Part shown: one piece after another, positions 45,089-54,540 of the stretch
How the letters are laid out: each line of letters starts with the position of its first letter
How positions within the stretch are numbered: the stretch's first letter is position 1
Source: an uncultured Actinomycetes bacterium
GTDB taxonomy: Bacteria; Actinomycetota; Thermoleophilia; Gaiellales; JAICJC01
Length of the DNA stretch: 64,000 nt
Direction: 5' to 3'
Assembly (NCBI GenBank): GCA_963708725.1
Contig: CAVPTL010000009.1
Coordinates: 140,425 to 204,424 of the forward strand
Made by a program: the position numbers and the translations under genes
Notes under the pieces: generated by a model
The model's input: only the letters and a program-made list of their open reading frames with translations
Told to the model about the DNA's origin: nothing
Database searches by the model: none

Positions 45089-45943
45089 TTGGTGGCGCCG
45101 CCAGACTCGCGCCACGTGAACCGTCGCATCGAAGCCGACATCACTTCGCACACCGTCGAGGGCGACCACGGCGTCGCGCTCCACGTCGTCGAGGCCGGCC
45201 GTGGTCCCGTGCTCGTGCTGGTACCAGGGTGGACGATGTCGTGGACAGTGTTCGAGCGGCAGATTCCCGCGCTGTCCCAGCGATATCGGGTGATCGCGTT
45301 TGACCCTCGGAGCCAGGGGCGCTCATCGACAACGTTGGAGGGAAACACCTACCCCCAGCACGGACGCGACCTGGAACGGGTCGTGGACGTACTCGGGGTC
45401 GAACGGTTCTCGTTGGCGGGATGGTCGTGGGGAGGGCTCGATGCCTACGCCTATCTCGAGCACGCCGGCAGCGCCCGAGTCGATCGGCTGATCGTGATCG
45501 ATAGCTCGCCGTGCTCGTTGATGGCCGACGCGTCCACCGGATGGGGCGACTTCACCACCGAGACGTTTCCGAAATTCGGGAAGGCGATCACCGAGAATCG
45601 TGCGCGGTACGCCGACCAGTTCGTCGAATCCATGATCTCCGAGCCGCTGTCGGCCGCTGACCGTTCGTGGCTGATGCAGATGCACCTCGCGACCACCACC
45701 CCGGTTGCCACCACCCTGGCGGTGAGTGCGGTGCAAAGCGACTACACCAGCATCGCGGAGGGCCTCGAAGGCAAGCTCCCGGTGCTCCAGGCGGTCCGGG
45801 CGGAGGACCTCGATCGAGCCTCGGCATGGCTTGCGAAGCGCACCCCAAACGCGCAGGTCGTCTCGATCCCTTCGCACCTTGGCTTTTGGGAAGACGCCGC
45901 CGGCTTCAACTCCGCCATGTCCCGGTTCCTCGTCACGTCCTGA
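45089..45943 (+). CDS. Alpha/beta hydrolase
   Basis: 'VLVLVPGW', nucleophile elbow 'LAGWSWGG' and C-terminal 'PSHLGFWEDAAGFN'. TTG start as listed; start uncertain. Confidence 0.75.
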   Translation: MVAPPDSRHVNRRIEADITSHTVEGDHGVALHVVEAGRGPVLVLVPGWTMSWTVFERQIPALSQRYRVIAFDPRSQGRSSTTLEGNTYPQHGRDLERVVDVLGVERFSLAGWSWGGLDAYAYLEHAGSARVDRLIVIDSSPCSLMADASTGWGDFTTETFPKFGKAITENRARYADQFVESMISEPLSAADRSWLMQMHLATTTPVATTLAVSAVQSDYTSIAEGLEGKLPVLQAVRAEDLDRASAWLAKRTPNAQVVSIPSHLGFWEDAAGFNSAMSRFLVTS

Positions 45944-46004
45944 GAGCCTCGGTCATACTGAGAGCGGCGCAATCCGGTGCGCCATCACATAAAGGGGGGC
46001 GTGG

Positions 46005-47493
46005 ATGAGCTCGGAAGGTCGAGATTCAGAGGTGGCGCAAGCCGCAAAGGCTTCGGCGAAGGCGGGTCGCGCGGGTGCAACCAGGGGCCCAAGGGTGGTG
46101 CCGCACCTGAGCGTCGCTGAGCATGCCGCCCGCGGTAAAGCGGCTCGCGGCGAGGTACCACGATCGAGCCACGCGGCCTATAGCCCGGCTCCGCACCGCC
46201 CCGATCCCGTGGCGCTTCTGGAGTCACAGGCGGCCTCGCGAGTGCCCGAGCTGGTACCGATTCGCTACGGTCGGATGCTGGTCTCGCCGTTTACGTTCTA
46301 CCGCGGCGCGGCCCTGATCATGGCCGCCGACTTCGCGTCGACCCCGAACTCTGGCCTGCATGTCCAGCTCTGCGGTGATGCGCACCTGTCGAACTTCGGC
46401 GTATTCGGCTCCCCGGACCGGAGGCTGGTGTTCGACCTCAACGACTTCGACGAGACGCTGCCCGGCCCATGGGAGTGGGATGTCAAGCGGCTCGCGGTCA
46501 GCATGGAGGTGGCCGGTCGCGACAACGGCTATTCCGATGCCGAGCGGCGAGCGATCCTGCTCGAAACCATCGGCGGCTATCGCCGTGCAATGCGCGAGTT
46601 TGCCGGCATGGGGTCGCTGGACGTGTGGTATTCGCGGCTCGAGGTGGACGAGCTATCTGACCCAGCTACGAAAGCAGTTCACGAAGTCGCAGCTCAAGCG
46701 GGCCGAAAAGACGCTCGCCAAGGCGCGGACGAAAGACAGCATGACCGCCTTCTCGAAGCTGACGCAGATGGTGGACGGCCAACCCCAGATCGTGTCTGAC
46801 CCGCCGCTGATCGAACGCGTCGAAGATCTGGCCGGCGACACCGATCCGGCTGTGATCCTGGAGGGCCTGCACCAGCTCCTGCGCCAGTACCGGGAATCGC
46901 TTCAGACCGATCGGCGGACGCTGGTCGAGGAGTTTCGGCTGGTCGATCTTGCCCGCAAGGTGGTGGGTGTCGGAAGTGTGGGCACCCGCGCCTGGATTGC
47001 GCTGATGCTCGGTCGCGACGATGGCGATCCGCTGTTCCTGCAGTTCAAGGAGGCCCAGCCGTCGGTGCTCGAGGACTTCACCGCCAAGAGCACGTTCACC
47101 AACCATGGCGAGCGTGTCGTCGCCGGTCAGCACCTGATGCAGGCCTCCAGCGACATCTTCCTCGGCTGGCTGCGTGTCGAGGGCGGATTCGACGGCGTTT
47201 CGCGAGACTTCTACGGTCGCCAGCTGAAGGACTGGAAGGGCTCATTCGAGACCGCCGGGGCGCTGCCGCAGGGCATGGGAGTGTACGGGCGCTACTGCGG
47301 CTGGACACTGGCCCGAGCTCATGCGCGATCGGGGGATCGGATGGCGATCGCGTCCTACCTGGGCGGCGGCGACGTGTTCGACCGCGCCATCGCCGATTTC
47401 TCGGTGGCCTATGCCGACCAGAACGAGCAGGACTACAAGGCGTTGAAAGCAGCGGTCGCCGACGGCAAGATCGTGGCGGTCTCAGGCCTGTGA
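46005..47493 (+). pseudogene. DUF2252-family gene, split by a +1 frameshift near 46645-46665
   Basis: Frame A: 'PELVPIRYGRMLVSPFTFYRGAALIMAADF...CGDAHLSNFGVF...DFDETLPGPWEWDVKRL...LDVWYSRLEVDEL', then nonsense. Homology continues in frame A+1 ('LTQLRKQFTKSQLKRAEKTLAKARTKDS...VGVGSVGTRAWI...', track ORF 46360..47493). Confidence 0.75.
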
Positions 47494-47507
47494 CAGGGAC
47501 GATGTGA

Positions 47508-47909
47508 ATGGATGCCGCTGAGCTGGAAAACCTGGATGTGCTCGCCGACCTCAGTGACGCCGATCGCGCCACAGTGGCCGACGCTGCGATCCGTCGAGTG
47601 TTTCCCGCCGGACGCGAGATCGTCCGGCGGGGGGAGGTCTCCGACGGGTTCTTCGTGATCCTCGAAGGCACCGCGCGCGTGGTGCGGGGAGACGACGTTG
47701 TGAATACCCTCGGCCCCGGGGCGTTCTTCGGCGAGTGGGCATCCCTGGTCGCCGGGCCCGGCTATGCGCTTTCACGAAACGCATCGGTTGTCGCAGACTC
47801 CGACGTCGCTTTGGCGGTGCTCACCAGCGATCGGTTCACCGAGTTCTATTCGACGCTTCCCGGACTCCGCGACCGCGTCGATGCCGCCATGAAACAGCGA
47901 GATCCCTAG
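47508..47909 (+). CDS. Stand-alone cyclic-nucleotide-binding (CNB/Crp-type) domain protein
   Basis: 'FPAGREIVRRGEVSDGFFVILEGTARVV...GPGAFFGEWASL...SRNASVVA' CNB motifs. 133 aa with no HTH or other output domain. Confidence 0.75.
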   Translation: MDAAELENLDVLADLSDADRATVADAAIRRVFPAGREIVRRGEVSDGFFVILEGTARVVRGDDVVNTLGPGAFFGEWASLVAGPGYALSRNASVVADSDVALAVLTSDRFTEFYSTLPGLRDRVDAAMKQRDP

Positions 47910-47911
47910 GC

Positions 47912-48688
47912 TCACACCCGCCGGGTGATGAGCGCGAGGGTGGAGCGAAGCGTCGGAACATCTCCGCCGTTCGCCGCGATCACCTCGCGCAGCTCCCCGA
48001 ACAGCTCGGCGCGATTCTCGCTCGTCAGGCGCTGGTGGTCGCTGTAGGTGGCGCACAGTCCGACCCACTCATCGGCGGTCAGAGTGTGTGGGGTCTCCCA
48101 TGTGCGCCGCTCCACCGCGCCGAACTCACGGCTTTGGGCCACGACGTCCTCGATCAGCGCTCGCCGTTGGCGGCGGTGGTAGCCGTGAACGTCGGCATCG
48201 GGAGCGACCCGTCGGTACACGGCGTCAAGCTGCGAAACGAGCGGCTCCTCGAGCAGGTGATAGCTCCAAAACCGCGCGAACGTCCCACCCGGGTGCAGCA
48301 CAGCGGCCGCCTTCCGCGTCCCGGCTTCGGGGTCGATCCAGTGCCAGGCCGACCCGATCGTGAGCAGGTCGAAACGGCGTCCGCGATCCTCCCACGCCTC
48401 GAACGACGCGATCTCGACGGTGATGCCGTGAGTGCGGGCGACTGCGGCCATCCGCTCGTCCACCTCGACGCCGAGCACATCGACGCCGTGGGAGGCGATC
48501 ATGGCCGCGACCTTGCCGGTGCCGCAGGCGACGTCCAACGCGGTGCGTGGGCCAGCCGACACCAGCGTCTCGATCATCTCCGGAGAGTGTGGTGGCCGGA
48601 AGCGGTCGTAGTCGGAGGCGATCGCACCAAACGACTCGGCACGCGCACGATCGGTGTAGAGCTCAGATCTCGGGTCGGGGACGGACAT
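47912..48688 (-). CDS. Class I SAM-dependent methyltransferase
   Basis: 'ALDVACGTGKVAAMIASHGVDVLGVEVDERM' motif I/II and 'FDLLTIGSAWHW'. ATG 48688. The rest of track ORF (to 49285) overlaps the next gene. Confidence 0.75.
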   Translation of the reverse strand: MSVPDPRSELYTDRARAESFGAIASDYDRFRPPHSPEMIETLVSAGPRTALDVACGTGKVAAMIASHGVDVLGVEVDERMAAVARTHGITVEIASFEAWEDRGRRFDLLTIGSAWHWIDPEAGTRKAAAVLHPGGTFARFWSYHLLEEPLVSQLDAVYRRVAPDADVHGYHRRQRRALIEDVVAQSREFGAVERRTWETPHTLTADEWVGLCATYSDHQRLTSENRAELFGELREVIAANGGDVPTLRSTLALITRRV

Positions 48689-48720
48689 GTCGGCGGATGA
48701 TAGGGCTCTACCGGGCAGTT

Positions 48721-51700
48721 TCAGCCGGACGAGCGCAACAACTGGGTCAGCTGCCACGAATACCAGGTCGCCTGGGTGCGATCCGCGAATTCCGCGACTC
48801 GCATTGTGCACTCCCGCGCCTCTTCCCGCCGGTGTTCTGCGGTTGCGGTCTGGGCGGCGAGCAGATCGATTGCCGCAGCGAGCGGGAGGCTTCCGATCGC
48901 GCGATACTGGTCGCCGGCCGCCGCGTACCTCCCGTCGGCGATCATCTCCAGCGCATCGCGCCACCGACACGCGCTCGGTGCCAACACGGCGGCCGCCCGG
49001 ATCTCGTCGTGGCGGCCGGCGGCGGCGAGGATGGGCGCGACCTCGCACAGTTCCATGATCCGGGAGTACATCCCATTGACCTGGTTCCAGCGGAGCAGGA
49101 GCCGCTCGCTGGTTCGTAGGGCCTCGGATTCGTCCCCGGTCGTGAGGTGGCATTTGGCGAGGGCCGCAAGTCCCTGGAGCATCGTCTCGTCGTTGACGCC
49201 TTCGGCGAACTCGACAACCTCGAGCAGGGCCTCGATGGCCTCGGCGCCGTGGCCTTGGACAGCTCTGACCTGCGCCCGGATGCACTGCGCCGTCCTGTCA
49301 TCGCGCAGCCCGTCGACCGTTTCGAGCTGCGACTCGGTAAAGGCCCAATCTCCGAAATGGTAGGCGTGGTAGGCCTGCTCCCTCGTGATGTAGGCGATGT
49401 AGTCCGCGTTTGCGAGCCGAGAAGCCCAGCGGTGGGCCGTCTCCAGCGCATCGCGCGCACCGGGCATGTCCCCAATTCCCAGGGTGACATCGCCGAGGTT
49501 GCCGTACGCGGCGGGCACGCTGTGATACGAGTGGCGGGCGAGCGTGTCGGCGGCCTCGCGAATGTCATCGAGGCCGGACAGGTCGTCGAGCGAGACGCGC
49601 ACGTCGCCTCGCCACGCGAGCAGAAGCGCGTGCCCAACCTCCAGTCCGGCCGCCTCGGCCACCGGGATCATTTCGGCGGTGATTTCGAGCACGCGGGCGT
49701 ACTGGCCCGTGGTCGCGGCTCGGTAGGCCTGGTGGGCGGCTATCAGAAACGTCGTATCGCAGGCCGGGATCCTTGTGAGATATCCCGCGGCCAGCTCCAG
49801 CCGGTAATCCGCGTCGCCGCCGAGCAGTTCCAGGCGACTTGAGTAGGCGCGTTCAACGATCGCGGCGCCTTCCCAGTCCTCCACCAGGATCAGAGCGTCG
49901 ATCGCCGAGAGGGCGTCATCCTCCTCCACCATGCCGAGCGATTGCAGGCTCACCACCCGGCCCAGGAGCAGCTCGGCCCGCAGCCGATCGTCACCCGGTG
50001 GCGCCAGATCGAGTGCCGACTCGAAGTGCCGGGCGGCCGCGGCGTGGGCGTAGTTGGCCTCGGCCTGATGGCCGGCCTCGGCAAACGCCCGGCACGCTTT
50101 GGGCGCGAGCGAGGCCGTGTCCTCACCCAGCTGGGTTCGCAGCTCGAGCGATTGAGCGTAATGGTCGGCCAGAAGCTCGGCTTTGTCGTCACGCTCGGCG
50201 GCAACAGATTCGATCCAGTCAGCCGCGGCCTCGTGCTTGGTGGCGCGCTCCGCTCGTGGGATCTGCGAATACGCGACGTCCCGGGTCAGTGCATGCCCGA
50301 AGCTGAACTCGGTCTCGCCTCGGATCGACGAGCGTCTGGCCCTTACCAGCAGTTGCTTTCGTTCCATCGCATGCAGCAACTCGTCGACCTCCCACGCCGA
50401 GCGATCGCTGAGCGCCGAAACCGCGCCGACCCAGGCGGTTCTCCCGATAACGCTTGCGTCCTGGATCACCGCCTTCTGCTCAGCCGAGAGCGTGTCGAGG
50501 CGGGCCGCGATGATCCCGTGGATCGACTCGGGTAACTCGTGTGCGTCTCCGGCCAGTGTCCATCCGCCCTCGCCACGCACGAGCAACTCGCGGTCCTGAA
50601 GCATGCGAACGAACTCCTGGGCGTACAACGGATTGCCGCCGGCGCGGTCGAGCAACTCGCTCTGGACGCCTGCCGGGAGCAGTGCCTGATCGAGCAGCGT
50701 GGCAACCAGGCGCGACGTATCCTCGGCCGACAGCGGGGTCAGCGAGATCGTGGTCGAGTTGGTCTTGCCGCCGCCCCAGTGCTCGCGGCGCTCGAACAGC
50801 TCCGGGCGCGCCGTGCAGACGATCAAGAGCGGAACAGCGCCGGCCCGGTCGGCGAGCATGTCGATGAAGTCGAGTAGCGCATCATCGGCCCAGTGCACGT
50901 CCTCGAACGCGAGGGCGGTCGGGCCGTCCTCGGCGATCGCTTCGAAGAACCGGCGCCAGGCGGCGAACGCCTCGCCGCGGTTGGCTCCGTCACCCTGGTG
51001 CTGCGAAGACTCGAGTCCCACCAGACGGCCGAGGTGGCGGATCAGCCAGTCGTGGTCGGCCTCGTCGACGATCACGTTCTCGACCGCGACCGCGAGTTTC
51101 TGGGTGGTCACCTCGGCGTCGTCTGACTCGAGGATTCCCGCCTGGCTCTTGACCATCTCGCCGAGCGCCCAGAAGGTGACACCTTCGCCGTACGACAGCG
51201 ATCTCCCAACCCGCCACGTGATCAGATCGGGGATGTCGCCGATGTAGTCGCTCAGATCCTCGATCAGACGGGACTTTCCGATCCCGGGCTCACCGATGAT
51301 CGAGACCAGCTGGGTCGAGCGCTCGCGACGGGCGCGATCGAGCGCTCCCCGAAGCATCACGGCCTCGTCGTCGCGTCCCACCAGGGCAAGCCCGCCGAGC
51401 CGGGTCTGTTCGGGCACCACCGAGCGGGGCTCCACGGCGAGCCACGCCGGTACCCGCTCGGACTTTCCCTTGGCCTCGATCGGCTCGACCGACTCCAGCA
51501 CGATGGCGCGAGTCGTTGCGCGGTGGGTGGTCTCGTCCACCAGCACACTGTCGGTTGGCGCGGAGGCCTGGAGCCGGGCGGCCGTGTTCACGATATCGCC
51601 GGTGGCGCGAACCGCCCCGTCGGGCATCACGGTGACGAGCACCTCACCGGTGGTGACCCCGATCCTGAAGTGCAGGCCGTCGTCCGAAGACATTGCCTCG

Positions 51701-52059
51701 GACGCGAACGTCTCGCGGATCCCCAGAGCAGCTCGCACGCCGCGCTCGGGGTCGTCCTCGTGCGCGACCGGGGCTCCGAACACCGCCATGATCCCGTCCC
51801 CGGCAACCGTTGACACCACTCCGCCGGTACGAGCGACGCACCGGTGGATCACCGCAACGTAGGGAGCGAGGAACGCATCCACGTCCTCGACATCGAGACG
51901 TTCTGAGCGGCTGGTGAACCCTGCGAGGTCGGCAAAGAGGATGGTGACGACCCGTCGCTCGCGATGCTCGCCGACAGCAACCACCACGAGTTGCTGGCCA
52001 CACTCTGGGCAGAACTTCGCACCCTCCGACAAGGTGCCACAGTGCGTGCATACCGGCAT
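48721..52059 (-). CDS. Zn-ribbon + class III nucleotide cyclase + AAA/STAND-type ATPase + TPR-like repeat protein (1113 aa), no HTH
   Basis: 'MPVCTHCGTLSEGAKFCPECG' zinc ribbon. 'VTILFADLAGFTSRSE...GDGIMAVFGAP...RIGVTTGEVLV...GDIVNTAARLQ' cyclase. Walker A 'GEPGIGKSRL', Walker B-like 'ALAFEDVHWADDALL'. Long helical-repeat C-terminus ends without a LuxR HTH. Confidence 0.85.
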   Translation of the reverse strand: MPVCTHCGTLSEGAKFCPECGQQLVVVAVGEHRERRVVTILFADLAGFTSRSERLDVEDVDAFLAPYVAVIHRCVARTGGVVSTVAGDGIMAVFGAPVAHEDDPERGVRAALGIRETFASEAMSSDDGLHFRIGVTTGEVLVTVMPDGAVRATGDIVNTAARLQASAPTDSVLVDETTHRATTRAIVLESVEPIEAKGKSERVPAWLAVEPRSVVPEQTRLGGLALVGRDDEAVMLRGALDRARRERSTQLVSIIGEPGIGKSRLIEDLSDYIGDIPDLITWRVGRSLSYGEGVTFWALGEMVKSQAGILESDDAEVTTQKLAVAVENVIVDEADHDWLIRHLGRLVGLESSQHQGDGANRGEAFAAWRRFFEAIAEDGPTALAFEDVHWADDALLDFIDMLADRAGAVPLLIVCTARPELFERREHWGGGKTNSTTISLTPLSAEDTSRLVATLLDQALLPAGVQSELLDRAGGNPLYAQEFVRMLQDRELLVRGEGGWTLAGDAHELPESIHGIIAARLDTLSAEQKAVIQDASVIGRTAWVGAVSALSDRSAWEVDELLHAMERKQLLVRARRSSIRGETEFSFGHALTRDVAYSQIPRAERATKHEAAADWIESVAAERDDKAELLADHYAQSLELRTQLGEDTASLAPKACRAFAEAGHQAEANYAHAAAARHFESALDLAPPGDDRLRAELLLGRVVSLQSLGMVEEDDALSAIDALILVEDWEGAAIVERAYSSRLELLGGDADYRLELAAGYLTRIPACDTTFLIAAHQAYRAATTGQYARVLEITAEMIPVAEAAGLEVGHALLLAWRGDVRVSLDDLSGLDDIREAADTLARHSYHSVPAAYGNLGDVTLGIGDMPGARDALETAHRWASRLANADYIAYITREQAYHAYHFGDWAFTESQLETVDGLRDDRTAQCIRAQVRAVQGHGAEAIEALLEVVEFAEGVNDETMLQGLAALAKCHLTTGDESEALRTSERLLLRWNQVNGMYSRIMELCEVAPILAAAGRHDEIRAAAVLAPSACRWRDALEMIADGRYAAAGDQYRAIGSLPLAAAIDLLAAQTATAEHRREEARECTMRVAEFADRTQATWYSWQLTQLLRSSG

Positions 52060-52103
52060 GGCTCGCAATACTACGCACTTGCAACGACAACGGCCCGTGT
52101 GAC

Positions 52104-52697
52104 CTACGACCACACTCCCGAGCTGCCGCGGCGGTGACTGTCGAGCAGGTGTGTATCGACGATCCCGATCGCCTCCATCAACGCAAACATCGTGGTCGGC
52201 CCCACAAACGCAAAGCCGTTCTTCCGCAGCCCCTTGGCCAGTGCGATCGACTCCGCGGATTTGGTGGGGATGTCGCCAAGCGTGCGCGGGCGTGGCGTCT
52301 CGTCGGGCCGAAATGACCACACGAACGCTGCCAGCCCGCCGTGCTCTCGCAGGCGCACGGTCGCCTGGGCGTTGTTGATCGTGGCCTGAATTTTTGCGCG
52401 GTTGCGCACGATCCCCGGCTCGGCCATCAGCCGCGCGCTGTCGGCTTCGGAGTATGCGGCCACGGCATCCGGATCGAAGTTGTCGAACGCCACCCGAAAC
52501 GCCGGGCGTTTGCGCAGGATCGTGACCCACGAGAGACCCGACTGAAACGCCTCGAGGGTGAGCCGTTCGAAGACTCCGCGCTCGTCGGTCACCGGCACTC
52601 CCCACTCGGTGTCGTAGTAGTCGCGAAGCAGCGGGTCGGTCGCCGCCCAGCTGGGCCGCGCCAATCCGTCGTCGCCGATGATCACACCCTGGGGCAT
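52104..52697 (-). CDS. tag: DNA-3-methyladenine glycosylase I
   Basis: 'DPLLRDYYDTEWGVPVTDERGVFERLTLEAFQSGLSWVTILRKR..F..AF..FD' is the Tag signature. Confidence 0.85.
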   Translation of the reverse strand: MPQGVIIGDDGLARPSWAATDPLLRDYYDTEWGVPVTDERGVFERLTLEAFQSGLSWVTILRKRPAFRVAFDNFDPDAVAAYSEADSARLMAEPGIVRNRAKIQATINNAQATVRLREHGGLAAFVWSFRPDETPRPRTLGDIPTKSAESIALAKGLRKNGFAFVGPTTMFALMEAIGIVDTHLLDSHRRGSSGVWS

Positions 52698-52776
52698 GCG
52701 TGCGATTGTAGGCCCGGGCTATCCTCTGGGCGGTTCACTCGTAGCGTGTCCGCCACCTCACCGAAAGTTGGGAATC

Positions 52777-53289
52777 ATGAGCAGCAGCACAGTTGAGCTT
52801 TTCGTCGCGTCGTATGGATCCGAGCACGAAGCCGGCGCGGCCCTGAAGGACTTCCAGTCGGCTCAGCGCGACGGGTCGATCGATCTGATCGATGCGGCCG
52901 TGATCGTCCACACCGCCGACGACAAGGTCAAGTTCGAGGAGACCGCTGATCCCAGTGGCAAGAAGTGGGCCAAGCGCGGCGCGATCGCCGGCGGCGTGGT
53001 CGGTCTGATCTTTCCCCCGAGCATCATCGTGTCGGCCGCCGTGGGCGGCGGCGCGGGTGGCTTGTGGGGCAAGATCCGCGACAAGGGCTTCAAGGATGCC
53101 GATCTCAAGGCGATCGGTGAGAGCCTGCCGCCTGGGACCTCCGCCATCATCGTCATCGCCCAGGATCGTATGGTCGAGCAGCTCGAACGCAGTCTCTCCG
53201 GCTACCAGAAGATCTCTAAGCACATGGTGTCGGCCGACGCTGCCGCAGCCATCGTCGCCGAGGTCGAAGACGAATCCGACGAGTCGTAA
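52777..53289 (+). CDS. DUF1269-family membrane-associated protein
   Basis: 'ELFVASYGSEHEAGAALKDFQSAQRDGSIDLIDAAVIVHTADDKVKF' plus a Gly-rich hydrophobic segment and acidic tail. ATG 52777. Confidence 0.6.
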   Translation: MSSSTVELFVASYGSEHEAGAALKDFQSAQRDGSIDLIDAAVIVHTADDKVKFEETADPSGKKWAKRGAIAGGVVGLIFPPSIIVSAAVGGGAGGLWGKIRDKGFKDADLKAIGESLPPGTSAIIVIAQDRMVEQLERSLSGYQKISKHMVSADAAAAIVAEVEDESDES

Positions 53290-53325
53290 CGATTCCGGGA
53301 CGCCTCGTTCGCCAAACTCCGGGTG

Positions 53326-54540
53326 ATGCCAAATCTCGGGATCGTTCGCACCCACTGGGTGGCATGGACAATCGTCGGACTGACGGTCGCCGCTGACGCT
53401 GCGGCGATCGGATTTGCGATCCTCGATCGGGGCGTGCAGTCGAGCGTGGCGACCGTGATGTTCACGGTCGTCACGATCGGGTTTGCGTCGCTGGGAGCAC
53501 TGATCGTCTCGCAGGAGCGCGCCAACGCGATCGGATGGCTGTTCGTCGGTGTCGCGTTGCTGATGGCGTTCCCGCACAACCTGTTCCAGAACTACGCGGT
53601 GTACGCGCTGTTCGTGGCTCCGGGAAGCGTGCCGCTTGGGAGTGCGGCGTTCTGGCTGTCCTCGTCGGTCTTCGACGGCGTCTTCGTGATGTTCATGACG
53701 CTACTTCTGCTGCTGTTTCCCAACGGCCGGCCGTTGACTCCGCGGTGGCGAATCGCGGTCGGATGCGCGGTGCTCGCGGCGGCGATGACGCTGGCTCAGG
53801 GATTCATCGTCTCCAACGGCGAACCCCCGCTCGATCACATTGCCCATCCGCTCGGGGTCTCGGGCACGGGTGGGACTGTTCTGACCGCGATACGCAACCT
53901 CAGTGTGATTCCGGCCCTGATCGCGTTTGGCGCGGGCGTCACGTCGATGGTGCTGAGGTTTCGGCGGTCGGCCGGAATCGAGCGCCAGCAGATGAAGGCG
54001 GTGGTGGCCGGTGCGGTCTTTGTCGCCGCCCTGTTCACGCTCTCGTTGGTGCTCGCGGGTGTTGGTGTTGCCGACCTCTCGGGGGTCACGTTCGTCGTCG
54101 CGCTCGCCCTCTTTCCCACCCTCATGGGCGTCGCGATCCTGCGCTACCGGCTCTACGACATCGATGTGGTGATTCGAAAGACGCTCCTGTATGCCTGCCT
54201 GATCGCGACGCTCGCACTGCTCTATCTCGGTGGAATCGCTGGGTTGGGTGCGGTGTTCCGGTCGGCGACCGGCGCGTCGGGTGCACTCGCCGTGACGCTC
54301 TCGACGCTGGCCGTGGCGGTGGCGTTCCAACCCCTTCGATCCCGGATCCAGCGCGCCATCGATCGCCGGTTCTCGCGTCGGGCCTACGACGCCGAGGCCG
54401 CGATGCGCGTGTTCACGGGGCGCCTGCGTGAGGAGATTGACCTGGATGTCCTCGGTCGCGAACTGGTCGGGGTGGTCGATGAGACCGTCCAGCCGCGCCA
54501 CGCCTCGCTGTGGCTTCGACCACCCGAGAAGACTGCCTAG
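53326..54540 (+). CDS. Polytopic membrane protein of the 'RYRLYDID' sensor-like family (no kinase domain)
   Basis: About 8 TM segments, then 'LRYRLYDIDVVIRKTLLY...FQPLRSRIQRAIDRRFSRRAYDAEAA...LWLRP'. I recall this module as the N-terminal part of some actinobacterial sensor kinases. The ORF ends without HisKA/HATPase. Confidence 0.6.
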   Translation: MPNLGIVRTHWVAWTIVGLTVAADAAAIGFAILDRGVQSSVATVMFTVVTIGFASLGALIVSQERANAIGWLFVGVALLMAFPHNLFQNYAVYALFVAPGSVPLGSAAFWLSSSVFDGVFVMFMTLLLLLFPNGRPLTPRWRIAVGCAVLAAAMTLAQGFIVSNGEPPLDHIAHPLGVSGTGGTVLTAIRNLSVIPALIAFGAGVTSMVLRFRRSAGIERQQMKAVVAGAVFVAALFTLSLVLAGVGVADLSGVTFVVALALFPTLMGVAILRYRLYDIDVVIRKTLLYACLIATLALLYLGGIAGLGAVFRSATGASGALAVTLSTLAVAVAFQPLRSRIQRAIDRRFSRRAYDAEAAMRVFTGRLREEIDLDVLGRELVGVVDETVQPRHASLWLRPPEKTA

